Assembly (NCBI GenBank): GCA_951406725.2
Contig: OX597814.1
Span: forward strand, 48,050,001 to 48,114,000
Length of the DNA stretch: 64,000 nucleotides
Source: Octopus vulgaris
Lineage: Eukaryota
Direction of reading: 5' to 3'
Shown here piece after piece: positions 1 to 14,555 of the stretch (position 1 is the stretch's first letter; every line of letters begins with the position of its first letter). The notes under the pieces are model-generated. The model had not been told where the DNA came from. It saw only the letters and a program-made list of their open reading frames with translations, and searched no databases. A program made the position numbers and the translations under genes.

Positions 1-272
1 ATAAGGGCCAGTTTTCTGGTTTCTTGGCGTATAGGTTCCCCACCTGGACGGGACGCCGGTCCTTTGCAGGTGAGCTGCAAGATGCAGGAGGAAAGAGTGA
101 GAGAAAGTTGTGGCGAAAGAGTCAGTAGAAGTTTCGCCATTACCTTCTGCCGGAGCCGCGTGGAGCTTAGGTGTTTCGCTCATAAACACACACATCGTCC
201 AGTCTGAGATTCAAACCCGCGATCCCTCAACTGCGAGTCCACTGCTCTAACCACTAGGCCATGTGCCTCCAC
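1..272 (-). mobile_element. tRNA-derived SINE, running off the window start
   Basis: Reverse complement begins GTGGAGGCACATGGCCTAGTGGTTAGAGC (A box) ... GGGTTTGAATCTC (B box); GC/CpG-rich relative to the flank. Confidence 0.8.
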
Positions 273-3200
273 AAACCATACTGCATTGCATTTCTGGTAC
301 TTATTTATGTTCCAGATCATTCGAAGGAAGAGCATTTACAACCCCAGCACTATGACCATCTATGTGGTAATATACAGTTTGTGAGCTTAATACGAACTTC
401 TGTTTGATAATCCTATAATTTTGTTATTTGCTACAATAACAAAGCTTTTGACTTATTGTTTGTAGTTCACATTTAAGGGCAACAAGTTTACTTTGTCAGT
501 CTCTGTAAATTTGGGATAATCTACCATAAAGTCATTGTTAGTGCTTTGTGAATTCATTATTCACTTTGCATATAAGGGTAGTATCCAATTATCCAATGAT
601 TTTGTGTATTCTGTCATTGTTTTCTTTTTGATAGAGCTAATGTATTTTGGTTATATTCTGTTATTTCTGTTGATTTTTATTAGTCCCATCAGTGACAACA
701 GGTAATGTTGACACAGCAAAACAATATGATATTCAGTGTCCCAAAATTTCAATTTATGCTAGATTTTATCGAGCATCCTGATCAATGACAGACAAATCTT
801 GTCAGTAGATTTCTTTGTTTACTCTTGTCATAACCACTTTCAATTGTTCAGGTAAAAAGTGAAATTCTCTCTAAATTTTGCTGTTTTTTTTTATACATCA
901 GTTTGTATTCTTTACTCATTTCTATTTGTCTGTAATCAACTACCACATGTCCACATAATAGCATCAGTCATTTTTCTGTGTTGGTGTTATCATTTTCATT
1001 TGGGTTGTGGTTCATGTTCTTAGCAAATTTCTTGGGACCAGAGTCTATTGGGCTTTTGATTCAGTTGCGAATTTTTAATTTTGCTTGGTAGAGACTATAA
1101 TTTTCCACAATGAATATAGCTTGCTATATGTATATACCTGCTTCATGCTGAAATTGAAAGATATTTTACATCCAAGTAGTGCTTCATCCTGTGCATGTGA
1201 CTGATTAGAAGATTTCCCTTGCATTTTTTCTAATTAGTACAGATTGTGATTAAATTCAGAAATCCACTGAAATTTCTCTTGATAGTTCCACAATCTGTGA
1301 GAGCTAACTCTGGTTTTTTGTCTTGCTGGGGCATATGTTGCTATCTATGTATTACTTACCAGTTTAATTAGACAACTTGATTGTTACTATGATCTTCTCT
1401 AAACTTTTTTTTTTTTTACATTAATGGCAAAAGTTGAAGGGATAGTGTTTATTTCTAAAGAGGATAACTAGTTCCATGTCAACATGTCTGACATCAATGC
1501 TTTTATGATAGAATTATATAACGAATTTGTTAGATTTAGAGTAATATCAAAGAAGCGGTAAGATTTTGTATTTATAGTAATTAGCAGTACATTTTTGAAA
1601 AAGATGTTGAGTTTTTGGAGATATATTCCACACTCACATAAGATCAATCACAGAGTGGTATAATACAATGTCTAAAAGGAGCAATGCTTTGTTGGAAATA
1701 CAGCATCTGATACTGTTCCTTCCTCTAGAGGGGCAAGAGAAATGTTTGTAAACCAGAAAACTTGGGTGGCTATGAGTCAGGAATAACTTGCAAATGGGTT
1801 TCATATTACCAGTATCAGGATTTTTCCACAAGAAACATCAAATGGCATTTTGGGAAGCTTTAAAGCCTGGAACTGATTTTTCTTGTCCTAGTAGACATGC
1901 ACTTCTAGTAAATTCCAGTTACATCAACATTGTACACTTGTTCTATGTATTTAGTTTTCTTCAGCATTAATTTTCTTCAGCTTCTCAGGATAATTAGTAG
2001 CAGCTTTTGTATCAATCAATACTGGCTGCTTCATTAGTCATTTTTATGTTTTGCAAATTAAGTTACCTCTTAGACCTTTCAAACAAAGCTTTACTTGCAA
2101 AGAGAATTTTTTTTTTTTCATCAGTTGTTCCTTCTATTTTCTGAAAGTCATCATAGAAACTTTTAGCTTTTGCTTGAATAACTACCACATTTATCGGTAC
2201 ATTATATTCAGTCTGATCAGTAATAGACATATTTAAGCTGTTCCATATTAAGTATCAATTGAAATTTATGAAAAAGCTATGTCTAGGCATTCAATGGAGT
2301 AGTTGCTTGAGCGCAACCTAATTTTATCTCTATTATCATGAATTGTTACCTCTGCAGACATGGCAAACTTTAATGCTTTTGTAGTATGGCTGAGTATTTC
2401 TCTCGCTTGAAAACTTTTAAAACATCAAACATTTGATGTAACCGCTTTATGAATACTTTTCATGTCACTGACTTCACTTCCGTTTGATAGTTGATTTCCA
2501 GTCATCCTGAATACCGTTGGATTTAATTTTGTATTACTAATTTAAATCCAACTGTAGTGGTGACAGACAAGAAATCCATATCAAATAGTACTGCAGTGTT
2601 GTTTTGTATTAGCAAAAAGTAATCGTCTTATATAGGATACAAAAAAGGATGGAATGCACAGGTGCTTGTGAGGTTTGAAAAAATATATACTTAGGAATTT
2701 TAGTTGTTAAAAGTGTTAAAATCTATCCAAATGTCCATAGGGGGTTGAAATTATATGCCCCATCACAAAATTAATGGTCATAGTTTAAAACTTTCATAAG
2801 TACTGAATTCCATAATTCAAGTTTTTGTTATACAGGAGATGCATATATTTCCTGTGCCATTATTGTAGCTTCTCCAGACACTGAGTATTACACCTCCCTG
2901 TATTACCTGAGTAACTATATAAGTGACTTGCATGTGTCCTACTTCTCCAATTATTTTTAGCATTTTAGTATGTATCCCTGATATGGCTGCTGCTTTCCCT
3001 AACTTAATATCCTTTAATCATGCTTTGGACCATATAGCTGCCAACTTGAATAGCTGTCTCTTCTCTTGAATCTGCTTTTATTGGTCCTGTGTGTTCTCCA
3101 GATTTAGCAACCACTTCCAAAAAAAAAAATGACTGGACAGTAAAGAGTAGAAAGTAGCAGGTAAAGTTGTGTGTGTGTGTTGGTAAGCTGAGGAGTGAGT

Positions 3201-4113
3201 AGTGGTTAAGCAGAAGTGAAAAGTGGAGTGGTAGAGAGAGTTAATGGATGATTTAAAGCTGTTAACCTAATCAAGGTATAAGTTAGTCAGTGAGTGTTCG
3301 TGTGTGTGTCTTCAAGGTGGTGCACCAGCATTGTCACAGTCTGATGACTGAAACAGGAAAAAGATAAAATAATATTTGCACCTTCAATTGAATATATGAT
3401 AGTCTGAAACATATTTCTGTGTTAAAATATATTTCTCAAGAAGCTTAAGAAATAAATGTAAAGTTAGAACCACAGAATAATTTTTGGTATTTCACTGGAG
3501 TTACTTATGTTTTGCTTCACTAAATGAAAATGTAATTCTTCGTACTATTAACATCATTGTTAAAGGTGGAACATTTTAATATCTATGTCTACCTTAGCTT
3601 TAATCTCTGATTATCACTAGGTATCTTATCCTTGAATTTGTATGTAGTATCTGACTGGCTTTGAACCAGAAACCTTTATTTCTAAATTAAGAATTGTAAT
3701 ACCATAACCTCAAGGCCTCTGAAATGTCAGCAGTTAATATTATATATTTTTTTGAGTTACTAAAATTTATCTTTAGTAAAGTAGAACAGAGGGTTATTAC
3801 CATTAATTTAGGTTTCTAGTTCAAATCCAATCTGGTGATGTATGCACATCTAGGAATAAGGCACCTGATGACAATTGGAGATCAGACTGATTGAATGTTG
3901 TATAGATTTGTATATATTAAAAATTATCTGTGAAGTCTTATTAAGAATGGCTGAAGGCATAACAGTGTGGTGAAGAAGTTCTCTTGCAATCTCATGGATA
4001 CAGATTTTATCCTTGTACTTCAGGCAAATGTCTTCTACCACTGCCTCAGGTCAACCAATGTCTTTTGAGTGAAATTTTAGTTGACAGAAACTTTTCAGAA
4101 ACTCACTATATAT

Positions 4114-4661
4114 CATCATCATCATCGTTTAACGTCCGCTTTCCATGCTAACATGGGTTGGACGGTTCAACTGGGGTCTGGGAAGCCCGAAGGCTGCACC
4201 AGGCCAGTCAGATCTGGCAGTGTTTCTACAGCTGGATGCCCTTCCTAACGCCAACCACTCCGAGAGTGTAGTTGGTGATTTTATGTGCCACCGACACAGG
4301 TGCCAGACGAGGCTGGCAAACGGCCACGCTCGTATGGTGTTTTTTACGTGCCACCGGCACGGAGGCCAGTCAATGCGGTACTGGCTACGGCCACGTTCGG
4401 ATGGTTTTCGTATGTGCCACCGGCACTGGTACCACAAAACTACAAATTCCATTAATGTTCATCGAGTTTGCTTTTGATTTTGTCCATTTTCACTTGCCTC
4501 AACAGGTCTTCACAAGTAGAGTTATGTGTCCCAAGAAGGAAGGTATGCATAGGTGCACTGACTACGTTCCAGGTAGGGGCCATGGGTTATGGCCTCACTT
4601 GTCTAGCCAGGTCTTCTCACGCACAGCATACTTCCAAAGGTCTCGGTCTCTGGTCATTTCC
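4114..4661 (-). mobile_element. RTE-clade LINE 3' end (ORF C-terminus, 3'UTR, (GAT)n tail)
   Basis: Minus strand encodes EMTRDRDLWKYAVREKTWLDK* (stop 4595-4597), then a UTR with GGCGTTAGGAAGGGCATCCAGC, ending GTTAAACGATGATGATG. The same tail adjoins RTE coding sequence at 47628-48100. Confidence 0.8.
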
Positions 4662-5541
4662 ACACACACGTGCACATATAAAACATTATTTTCTGTGTGT
4701 GTATGCATGCATATGTGTACATCTATATCATCTTTATCATATTTAGCTATGAAAAGAATAAACATCAGCAGAAAAAGTGATAATTGAAAACAAAACTATT
4801 TTTCTGGTATCTGTTCCATCTAACTGACACAAGCTCCCTCTTTTTGTATTTGCCATTATAAATGCAATGAACCAGTAACTGGCTCATTAGAAACCAATGA
4901 TGCTGTATTATTTGCAGAATGCTATATAACTTGACTTTTTGGCATTAAATTAAAATGTTTTATATTATCAGAATAACAAACATTACTTTTATTCATAATT
5001 GTGGAGATGGTGTATTTTGTTGCAATAATGAAAGACTATATTTGTTATTAAGAATAATTATTATTTCTTGTATATACTTGCTGTGTGTAAGTTAAAGGAA
5101 AATAAATTGTGTGGTCAAGTGATAATGGTTATTGATGACTACATAAACAAATATCATATGCCTGTTGGTAATGTGGTAATCCTATATGTTAGAAGATTGT
5201 GAAGGCATTGGAAGAGGTAGCTAAAAGCTGACAGCCAAGAGCAACATTTATCTAAGCTATTGATTTAAAGTACATAGCTGGTATAAAGACCAACCATGTG
5301 ATAGGCAAACATAGGTCAGAAACAATCTTCAAACTCTTTTGAACCAGTGATGGTTCTTCTTAGTAGCATAGTCTGCTACAAATCACAACCAAATCTTCTT
5401 CAAATTGCATGCTGACTGTGAGAGAATGATGGGATGATCATGACTAGAATGCCTTGAGCAGTCAGGTTGACTGGGGCTAAACAACAACACTAATCTTTGA
5501 ACTCTGGTCACTGTTCTTAATGCTTGTTCATAGCTATCCTT

Positions 5542-5769
5542 GGCGAGCTGGCAGACATGTTAGCGCGCTGGGCGAAATGCTTAGCGGTATGTCGTCTGTC
5601 ATTACGTTCTGAGTTCAAATTCCGCCGAGGTCAACTTTGCCTTCCATCCTTTCAGGGTCAATAAATAAAGTACTAGTTTCACACTGGGGTCAAAGCAATC
5701 GACTTAATCCCTTTGTCTGTCTTTGTTTGTCCTCTCTATGTTTAGCCCCTTGTGGGCAATAAAGAAATA
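5542..5769 (+). mobile_element. tRNA-derived SINE with MetaSINE-like central domain
   Basis: GGCGAGCTGGCAGA..GAGTTCAAATTCC..GCCTTCCATCCTTTCAGGGTC..TAAAGAAATA; about ten related copies in the window. Confidence 0.8.
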
Positions 5770-7689
5770 TATACAGAACACAACTCTCAGTTTCCCTGAC
5801 AACTGAACAGTGTGCTAGTTTCTAAACTTCTCATTTGATACTTTCTTTGTTCAGTTCTTCCTCCATTAGAATCAGCTTTGTGCTGTAGTTCTATTAGAAC
5901 TACATCATTGTAGAAGTATTTTCTTAATCTCTTCAATAAATATGATTCTATAGACATTCAAGTTAAACTCTGACTATACAAACATCACTAACAATCTTAT
6001 CTCCTAGCACATATAAATGTCATTTATATCTATTTTTTATCTTATAAACCTATTCAACATTCTGATTGAGTAATCTGCTAGATTTCCAGCTCAAACTTTT
6101 GAAAAAGTATCTGGAAAACAGATACCAATTTACTTTATGATAATGTTGAAACAGTATTCAGCTAGATAAAAGCTTACTGCAAGGACATACAATATCAATA
6201 TCTCAGTTGGTGTATTTCTACTATTAGTTTATTCAGTATCCATGCTTTATGATTTTTGTATTTATTTGCATTAGAGGTTATGTTATTGCAAACCATACAA
6301 GTTTATATTTAACCATCTTGCTTTCATGACCCTGAGGGTAACTCAGGAGTTCTTTAGTTTTTTGTTTTCACAAAAAAGAAGACCTGTAACCACTTTATAT
6401 TGCTTTGTTAAAGTAAGGTAAAATCTAAAGTAGTCATAAACTAATAGCATATGGTTGTCATCTTATCACAACATTAACAACAATAGTGAAAGCATTTGAA
6501 TATGTAATGATTATAATCAAAATAGGAATATGAAGCATCTTATGATTCTTATATATAGGAATCAAACCACATCTAGCTTTGATTTTTTCCTACTGTCTCT
6601 TCAAAGAGAAATACTGGTTTTTCAAAACATTCCAAGAATTGTGGAATGTTATTTGGGTTATAGAGCAGCCAAATATAATCTTCTAAATTTATTTAAATGT
6701 AAGCAGAAGAAAATAATCACAAATGCAGAGGCTCTAACTCCCACACAAATAGTCAGTAGAGGGAACTAAAACTAACTCTTGCCCAGAACTATATTTTTCT
6801 CACATAGTAACATAGCAGACACATATCAAAGGCTGTCAGTAAGTATAAACTTAGATATCCATTTCACTTTCCAAATTCCCCCTGTAAAGCTTAATTCTAA
6901 AATGAATCTGCTTCATTCTAATGGAATAGTATTTAAAAAAAGACTACTTTTTTTTACGTTTTTACGTGCTGTAGGTATAGTTGGATAGGCAAATTAGTTG
7001 ATATATCATTTTGCATTTTTAAGTATCTGTTACCAAGATATTCTTTGAACATTTCTTTTTATGTTTCTATTCCAAGAGAAACATTGTCTATCCATAGCTC
7101 ACGGGAATATATGAGTGGAGGAGGGGGGATGAAGAAAATTGACGCAATTAATGAAGACCTTGAAAATGGCTGCTTAACACATTTAAGAACATATTGACAG
7201 AAGAGAAGTTCCTTAGTGCAGTACCCTTGGAACTACACACATTTTTTATATACAGCTTTGTGAGAGAAAAAGTAATGGGTCTTTGTATACTTATGTATAA
7301 ATGTACTTCTAAAGAAGCAGAATTTTTTATGGTTACTTTTCCATGCTGTCATGGGTTGGACAGGACTTCATAATCTGAATCAATTCAATGGTTAAAAATA
7401 TTTTTTTTGCATATGTGAACATAGGCACTGTTTTAGACATTTTATCATTGTTTTTATGTAAACAATGCCAAGTCAGTGGGAAAACAACACACACACACAC
7501 ACATATACATAAACAAAAGCTTCTTACAGTTTCCTTATAAAAATCTCATTGGTCAGTCTAAGACTATATTAAAAGACACCTGCCCCAGTGCCATGAAGTG
7601 GGTATGAGCCTGAAACTGCATGGCTTTGAAGAAAACTTCTTAACCACATGGTATTACATGCACCTAAAATATATCCTCCTCCTCGTCAT

Positions 7690-8140
7690 CCTCATCCTCA
7701 TCAGCAACATCAATTTAATATCCACTTTTCCATACTTGCATGGGTCAGACAAAATTAATCGAGGCAGATTTTCTTCATCATGATGCCTTTCTTGTCACCA
7801 ACACTTACTCGTTTCCAAGCAAGGTAATATTTCCTCACAACCAGACGATTAGAAAATTAGAAACGAATGATACTGCTTGTATGATGGTGACAATCATTCA
7901 CAACTATCACATAATACCAAGACAGGGAGGCACAAACACACACTCGCATACATATATACATACATAAACGCACACACACACACATACAAACTATGTGTTT
8001 TTGTTTCAGTTTCCATCTACCAAATCCACACACATGCTTTGGTCAGAAGACACTTGTCCAAGATGCCTCACAGCAGGACTGAACCCAAAGGCATATGGTT
8101 TGGATGTGAACTTCTTAACCATATAACCATGCTTGCACCT
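7690..8140 (-). mobile_element. Degenerate RTE-type tail plus CORE-type SINE fragment
   Basis: TTTTCCATACTTGCATGGG tail-like motif; TTTCAGTTTCCATCTACCAAATCCAC..AGAAGACACTTGTCCAAG is the reverse complement of the 26994 family. Confidence 0.55.
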
Positions 8141-8902
8141 TTGAGTTGTGTGCGTATGTGATAGTTTGGCCATCAAATTTCATGATGACCTAGCAACTGC
8201 TAGTAGAAAAATAAAAATTAAGAAGCAGAAGACACCTAAAGTTATTATGTTCATCTATTGGCAATTAATGAAAACTATGACCTTAACCATTCAGTACCTC
8301 CACTGAAGATGCGTCCATGTAGGGGGGATTGTCTTAGGATCTATCTATCCTATATCAACTATGAAACTACAAATTTTATTGTCATGAATGTGTTATACTC
8401 CCACTGCCACTCTGAGAGGTCTGCCATCTGGGGCTTGAAAAAGTTTTGGCTTTCAGTATTCAATGAAGACCATGACTAACTATGTAGCACTTCAATGAAG
8501 GATGCAGACACTCAGTCAGTCAGATGGACAAAGCCAATCCTTGGCACTCTCAGTCTTGTGTCATAAAAATATGCTAAAACAAGAGAGAATGAAGAAGCTA
8601 AGGAAGAATACATGAAAGACAGCTAGATACTAATAATCATTGATAACTGACCGACTGAAAGCACCCAACCAGAACAACTGACCTATGCCAGCAAAATCAA
8701 AAACAACAGCAAAAAACATACCCGGCTACATATATCAAAAATGTTTAGGTGCAGCATATTTTTTGTCTGTGACCAAATTGCAGTTTAAGGTGACAAAATT
8801 TTGACACCATATTACAAATAAATGATTAAGCAAAGCTAGCAGTTTTTGAGTGTTTCTAAATGGCTAACTTGTGTCTTTCATGCTGCAATTGCTAAATATA
8901 TA

Positions 8903-9130
8903 TCATCATCATCATCGTTTAATATCCGTTTTCCAGGATAGCATGGGTTGGACAGTTCGACCAGGGTCTGGGAAGCCAGGAGGCTGCACCAGGCTCCAGT
9001 CTGATCTGGCAGTGTTTCTACAGCTGGATGCCCTTCCTAACATCAACCACTCCATGAGTGTAGTGGGTGCTTTTTACATCCCACTGGCACAGGTGCCAGG
9101 GGAGGCTGACAACAGCCATGATCGGTTGGT
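8903..9130 (-). mobile_element. RTE 3'UTR fragment with (GAT)n tail
   Basis: Closely similar to 4114-4330. Confidence 0.75.
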
Positions 9131-9589
9131 GCTTTATATATATAAATCTGTAAAATTTTTGGAATTGATCATCTGGTGGCATAGACTTGACATATTATTT
9201 CATATGCTACATAGTATTACACTACTGTATTGTAAAAATTTCTCTTGTCTCTTCTTTGGATAAAATATTCCTAGTGATGTGTTTATTTGACTTCCTGATT
9301 TATCTTGTTACATTCTCTCAATTTTAAACACTTGAGGTGCTGCATCATTACAATATAGCACATTAACAAAGCTGTTGATTATGTTTTTTTCGGAGCTGAG
9401 TTAATCTGAAATACAATCTTTGCATAATTCTGTACCATTCCTTTTCCATTTTTTCATTCATATTATGGAACTCCAGCATCTTCTGCCCTCTATATTTTTT
9501 GAACCATAGCCACAAGCTCCATATAAACCAGTGAGTTACTTAGACTTGGGTCCCTCATGAGCTTTATGTCTCATAAAGCTGGAGCTTGA

Positions 9590-9830
9590 CTTGGTTTCCA
9601 TGGCTATAAGTGGCCGAAATTACAACACTCTGCCCTTGAACAAGATGCCAGTCCATCACCAGATTAATTTCCCAGCTCCTGCTGAAACTCATTTACAGCT
9701 GAGTGAACTGGTGCAACATGAAATGAAATGCTTAACTCAAGAACACAATGCATCATTTGGTCTGGGAATTGAGACCATGATCTTAGTCATGAGTGCAACA
9801 TCTTAACCATTAGGTTACACATCTTCACTA
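9590..9830 (-). mobile_element. Degenerate tRNA-derived SINE
   Basis: CTCATTTACAGCTGAGTGAACTGG..CTCAAGAACACAA is shared with 63200-63552. Confidence 0.6.
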
Positions 9831-11453
9831 ACCAATGTGGCCATTAAAATCTTATACTACATTATAAGAATTGCGATTTTGTGGAGATAGTATTTTATTG
9901 TGCAAAAAATAAAATTTGCTTGTGAAGCATGTGTACAAATTACAGAGGCTGTTATGTTGTATAAGCATTTTAATTTTACATTCTTTCTTTAAGAAAAGTT
10001 TGCTAGAAGGGTAGCACTGATGGCTTTGCAGTCCCTCCAAGACCATTGATGTCAATATGGTTATTGTCAGGGAAAGCTTTACATTACACATACAATATTT
10101 CTACATAACATCCAACATCACATTTATTTATTCATTTCTCTATTTCCATTTCTGCATGCTAGCATAGGTTGAATGTAAACTTATTTGAGGCATCATTTTT
10201 TGGCTGGATGCCCTTCCTGTTGCCAGCCCTTAACTGTTTTCAGTTAAAGGGCTTGTCTTCAAAAGCACAGAACAAGAAGATATATTGTCAGCAGGGAATA
10301 CATTAAAAGACACATGCGCACGCACGTGCACACACACAAACACGCGCGCGCGACATCCATACAATTATTATCTAACACTTCAACTCGCAAGGCACTGATT
10401 GGCTTGAGTCTTTCATGTCTCACTGAAATAGAACTCAAAATCATATGGTTACGAAGCAAGCCCCAAATTCACATAACCATGTCTGTATTTATTACATCAT
10501 ATATTTGTTGACATAACTCCACAAAATCATATTTATTCATCTTTTCTTTCATTCTGTTAGAAACAAAATAGTCAGAGATAGAGGACAGAAGAAGTGAATG
10601 AGAGCGAGAGAGAAACACTCATCTTGAAATGGCAAGGATCCATTGTAATTTTATATTACATGAGCTCCTATATACAACCTTTACTGGCTTAGCACTGAAG
10701 AAGTATTTAAGTAACTTTATCACAATTTCTAATCTGATGATATTATATTTTATCAAACAGCTGTGTAACTTCAAACCATGTTATGAGAACATGAATATCT
10801 TAATCTTTAGTTCAATAAATAATTCTTCTAATGTTAATTCTGAATTACTTATTTCCTTTCTTCAAACTTACCTTCTTAACATTCCTACCTTTAGTAAATC
10901 TTCTGCTCTTTTCTAATCAGATATTTTTTTGAAGCTCTTATTACATCAATTATATTATCAGTTCTAAGTGATTAATGATAGATTAATGTTGTGAGGGCAC
11001 GAGACCTTATGGTTAGGGTGTTACACTAACAATCACAAGACTGTGGCTTAGATTTCTGGACCAGGCACTGGCATTATGTTCTTGATCAAAACAATTTCAC
11101 TTTGCCTTGTAAACACTGGATAAAGTGCATCTGTGAGTTAGAAGTTGACCTGTATTGGTGACTCCATATCAATCAGTCAGGCAGCTCTCTTTTAGATGTG
11201 ACCTAATATGTTCATGTGTCTCAACTGATAGCAATTCAGTTTTATTTATTTGTTATGGCTACAGGATGTTCTTCCTATTATAGACCAGGTATATTCATTG
11301 TAGTGGTTCTGTTTTAAAATTGTAATTCTGTGATTTGGTCACCTTGAACTGTAATCTACAACAGGGGTCACCAACTGCTAGACTGTAGATCATTTGGTGC
11401 TGGGTCACACAGAAAAAATAAATTAAAAAATTTTTATTCTATTTTATTAACCA

Positions 11454-13110
11454 CTAGCAGAGATACCCAGCATTGCCCATGTCACATGGAAATAAAGAAT
11501 TGGACTTTTCTTATATATTTTCTCTAATGAACTGGAATACGTATGATTTGAATTTCATCAAAATTGCAGATGAAGAATTTTAATGAGAGTTCTTTCCCTC
11601 TTTACATGCCCCAACAAAAATTCTAATCATGACACTTTTATCCCATAATACTCATCTTTATGCCTAGATTCAAAAATTCAAATCTTATGGAACATATTGA
11701 AAGGTTCTAAAAAAAATGGAGCTCTAAAATGTGGGAGTTAAGGCCCCTGTTGGGGGTGGGATCTTAAAGTCAACCAGAAAAGTTGAATTGTTGGGAATCT
11801 TTTTAACTTGGGTCTTATATCTATTCTTCAAATTTCTTTGAAATCGAAATATATGTAAGTTCACTGGGTTTGTAAAAGAGAGCAAAGCTACAGGAAACCA
11901 AAAGACAGTTAGCTACCCTACCCTAGTCGTTACCACTCCCCAAAGTAGGATTCCTCACCATGTGTTATATGGATATACTCTTGTTTGCAACAATCGGTGC
12001 TGTGTCTAACATAACCCATCATCTAAAATGTTGACACCTCCGTCGGGTTTGTTGACCTACATCACTCATATAGTAAATTTGGAGGAACTGTGGTTGTTCA
12101 TTTGTGGGTGCACAAAACCATGTCATTTGCAGAGTTGTATTGTCTGATATTGTTCAGAAAATCCTTTGACCCAATGGAAATGCCTTCTAGAAGATCCATA
12201 AGAGGTTGAGAAGGAGTTGGTAGTGCTGGCAATGTTACCTAAGTAGCACATACCATTTGTTTCATTTGAAAATTGTAAAGCTCTACAGAAAAGACAATTT
12301 GTGTTTAGCATACCAATTTGGACAGAGTTATTATTTTTATACGAATAGGATGGATCATATCTGAAAACAGCTTCAGGAGTTGTGAAGAACGAATTTGTAC
12401 GTTGTCTATTTCTGAGAGCTATTCTATTGGACCTCTGTCTAATCATTAAAACATTGATTTAATGATCCAGCATTAAGTGCTGCAACATGCATTTGCTGAT
12501 GTTGAGAAAATCTCATCTATCTTCTCTCTTCAGACTCTCGCCTTCGGTTTTCTACACTCCTCCTTGCGTTACACTTGTTTCTGGAGAGATTACGTCTTTT
12601 CTTTGGTGGCATATTTTTCCCAATATTGTAAACAAAAAATTATGAACATAGAAAGAAATTATACATTAATCCCTGTTTTTGTAAGCAGTTGTATCTGTAA
12701 AAATTTTATTTGAAGAGAACAGAAATTGAAAGAAGAGAAAACGAAAAGAACAGAGAAGGTGAAAGATGTATGTACGTCTATATGAAATGGACGTGTGTGT
12801 GTTTGTGCGTGTGTATGTGAGAGAGAAAGAGGGTGAGAAAGGGAGATAGAGTGAGTGAGTGAAGGTGTATGTTGTGATGATTGATGTCTTTTAAGGTACA
12901 CACACACATATAGAAAATGTGACATCATTGTATAAAATTTTTATGATAGTTGATTTATGGAAAAGATTATGTTAAATTTTTGCTATGCAAATAATTGAAT
13001 GGAAATTAAGTTTAATTTGTAGTCAAAATTGTACTGAGTCTTTTGATACCCCATATGTCAAAATCTGTAACTCTGTTTTGGAAAGCATAAGGAATATATA
13101 ATATATAGGA
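11454..13110 (-). mobile_element. Helitron, internally deleted, with Rep-region fragment
   Basis: Minus-strand 3' end ..GGGCAATGCTGGGTATCTCTGCTAG|T at 11454. ORF 12123..12446 (FRYDPSYSY..VQIGMLNTNCLFCRALQFSNETNGMC) and the downstream PQFLQIYYM resemble Helitron Rep/Hel N-terminal motifs. 5' border approximate. Confidence 0.7.
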
Positions 13111-13789
13111 CATTATCTCACATAACAATACAGCAGTAATACTGAAATAGTGTAAGAGATAACAGATTGCTCTGGGCTTGCATTAGGCAAAAAGTTGGAA
13201 ATTTTTTGACCCATGAGACTGCATGGGCCTTGGCTTTTGTATTTGACACCTGCTGCTTTAAGTATTTTATTTATATTATATATATGTATGTATAAGCTAT
13301 ATGGTAGCTAGACCTGGTTAGTAAGAGCAGCCAAATCTCCCTCAAAACACCCTACTGTCTTAATCTGACAATTCTGCTTATTATGTAGTTTGAATGAGAA
13401 ACTTTAACTAAAGATTAAGATTATTAACCCCACAGAGAGAGGAAAGAAGAGAGACAGTATAGCAACGGTTTTGGCTGACTGTCATCCTGTACTCCACTTG
13501 TTGCTGGTGAAATGGTATATGCCAGCTGTCTGAGCAAGTGGTTGTTTTAATGGTGGAACAAACAGGACATAAGGATTACAAAAATAGCGATTCTCACTTT
13601 GAAACCAACAATTTTGAAAATCTTTTTAGATTACGGAATGCCCTGCTGTCTCATGTATCCGTGTTTAAAATTTCAGCATGATCGGATGAACAATACTCAA
13701 GTTATAAGTGCACAGACAGACAGAATGGATTTTATATATTAAGATATTTATACATATACATCTATACGTACACATCTATATATATACAC

Positions 13790-13829
13790 ATCTATACATA
13801 TACATTTATATATATACATTTGTGCAGAT

Positions 13830-13882
<53 letters not shown>

Positions 13883-13940
13883 CTGTGTGTGTATATATAT
13901 ATATATATAAATATATATTTGTATATATGCCTGCATATAT
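13790..13940. repeat. Compound (TA)n/(CA)n microsatellite
   Basis: Read directly. Confidence 0.9.
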
Positions 13941-14212
13941 GTAAGATAATAGTTTCACTTTAATAGTGAAACTATTAAAGTGAAAGTATCTGACATTGCA
14001 ATAGAGAAATTTTTCACTTTTGACACGTAATACTGAAATAGGATTGCTCTGGTTTCCATTTCCAGAACACCGAGGTGAGAGGCTTCACCTTGAGCATAGC
14101 AATTCATCTGTAGAAAGTTTAGCCAGAATTGGGTATGGAATAAATTCAATGTGAGAACAAATCAAGAAATTATTTACATTTGATGGATATTTGTCCTCAT
14201 CTTGTTTGTTAA

Positions 14213-14253
14213 AACGTTTCAGCTGATATACCCTCCAGCCTTCATCAGGTGTC
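14213..14253 (-). ncRNA. Hammerhead core, second copy (GAAA intact, 3' strand of stem I lost)
   Basis: Reverse complement: GACAC-CTGATGA-A-GGCTG-gagggtatat-CAGCT-GAAA-CG-TT-ttaac. Confidence 0.6.
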
Positions 14254-14555
14254 TTGGGAGAATTTCGAACCTCGGTTTTCATTCCTAAAGTATTTTTCGA
14301 TGTTGTCATTATTATTATTATTATTATTCAGATCACTGCCTGGAATTGAACTCGGAATCTTGGGATAGTAGCCCACACTCTTAACCACTACACCAGCATA
14401 TGGCATAGTGGTTAAGAGTGCAGGCTACTAACCCCAAGATTCCATGTTCGATTCCAGGCAGTGATCTGAATAATAATAATAATAATAACAACAACAACAA
14501 CAACAACAACAACAAATACCTTAGGAATGGGAACCCAGGTTCGAAATTTCCCCAA

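Noticed and set aside
14401-14460. Functional tRNA gene
   Set aside because: A/B boxes are present but there is no complete acceptor stem; it is the head of a repeat element.
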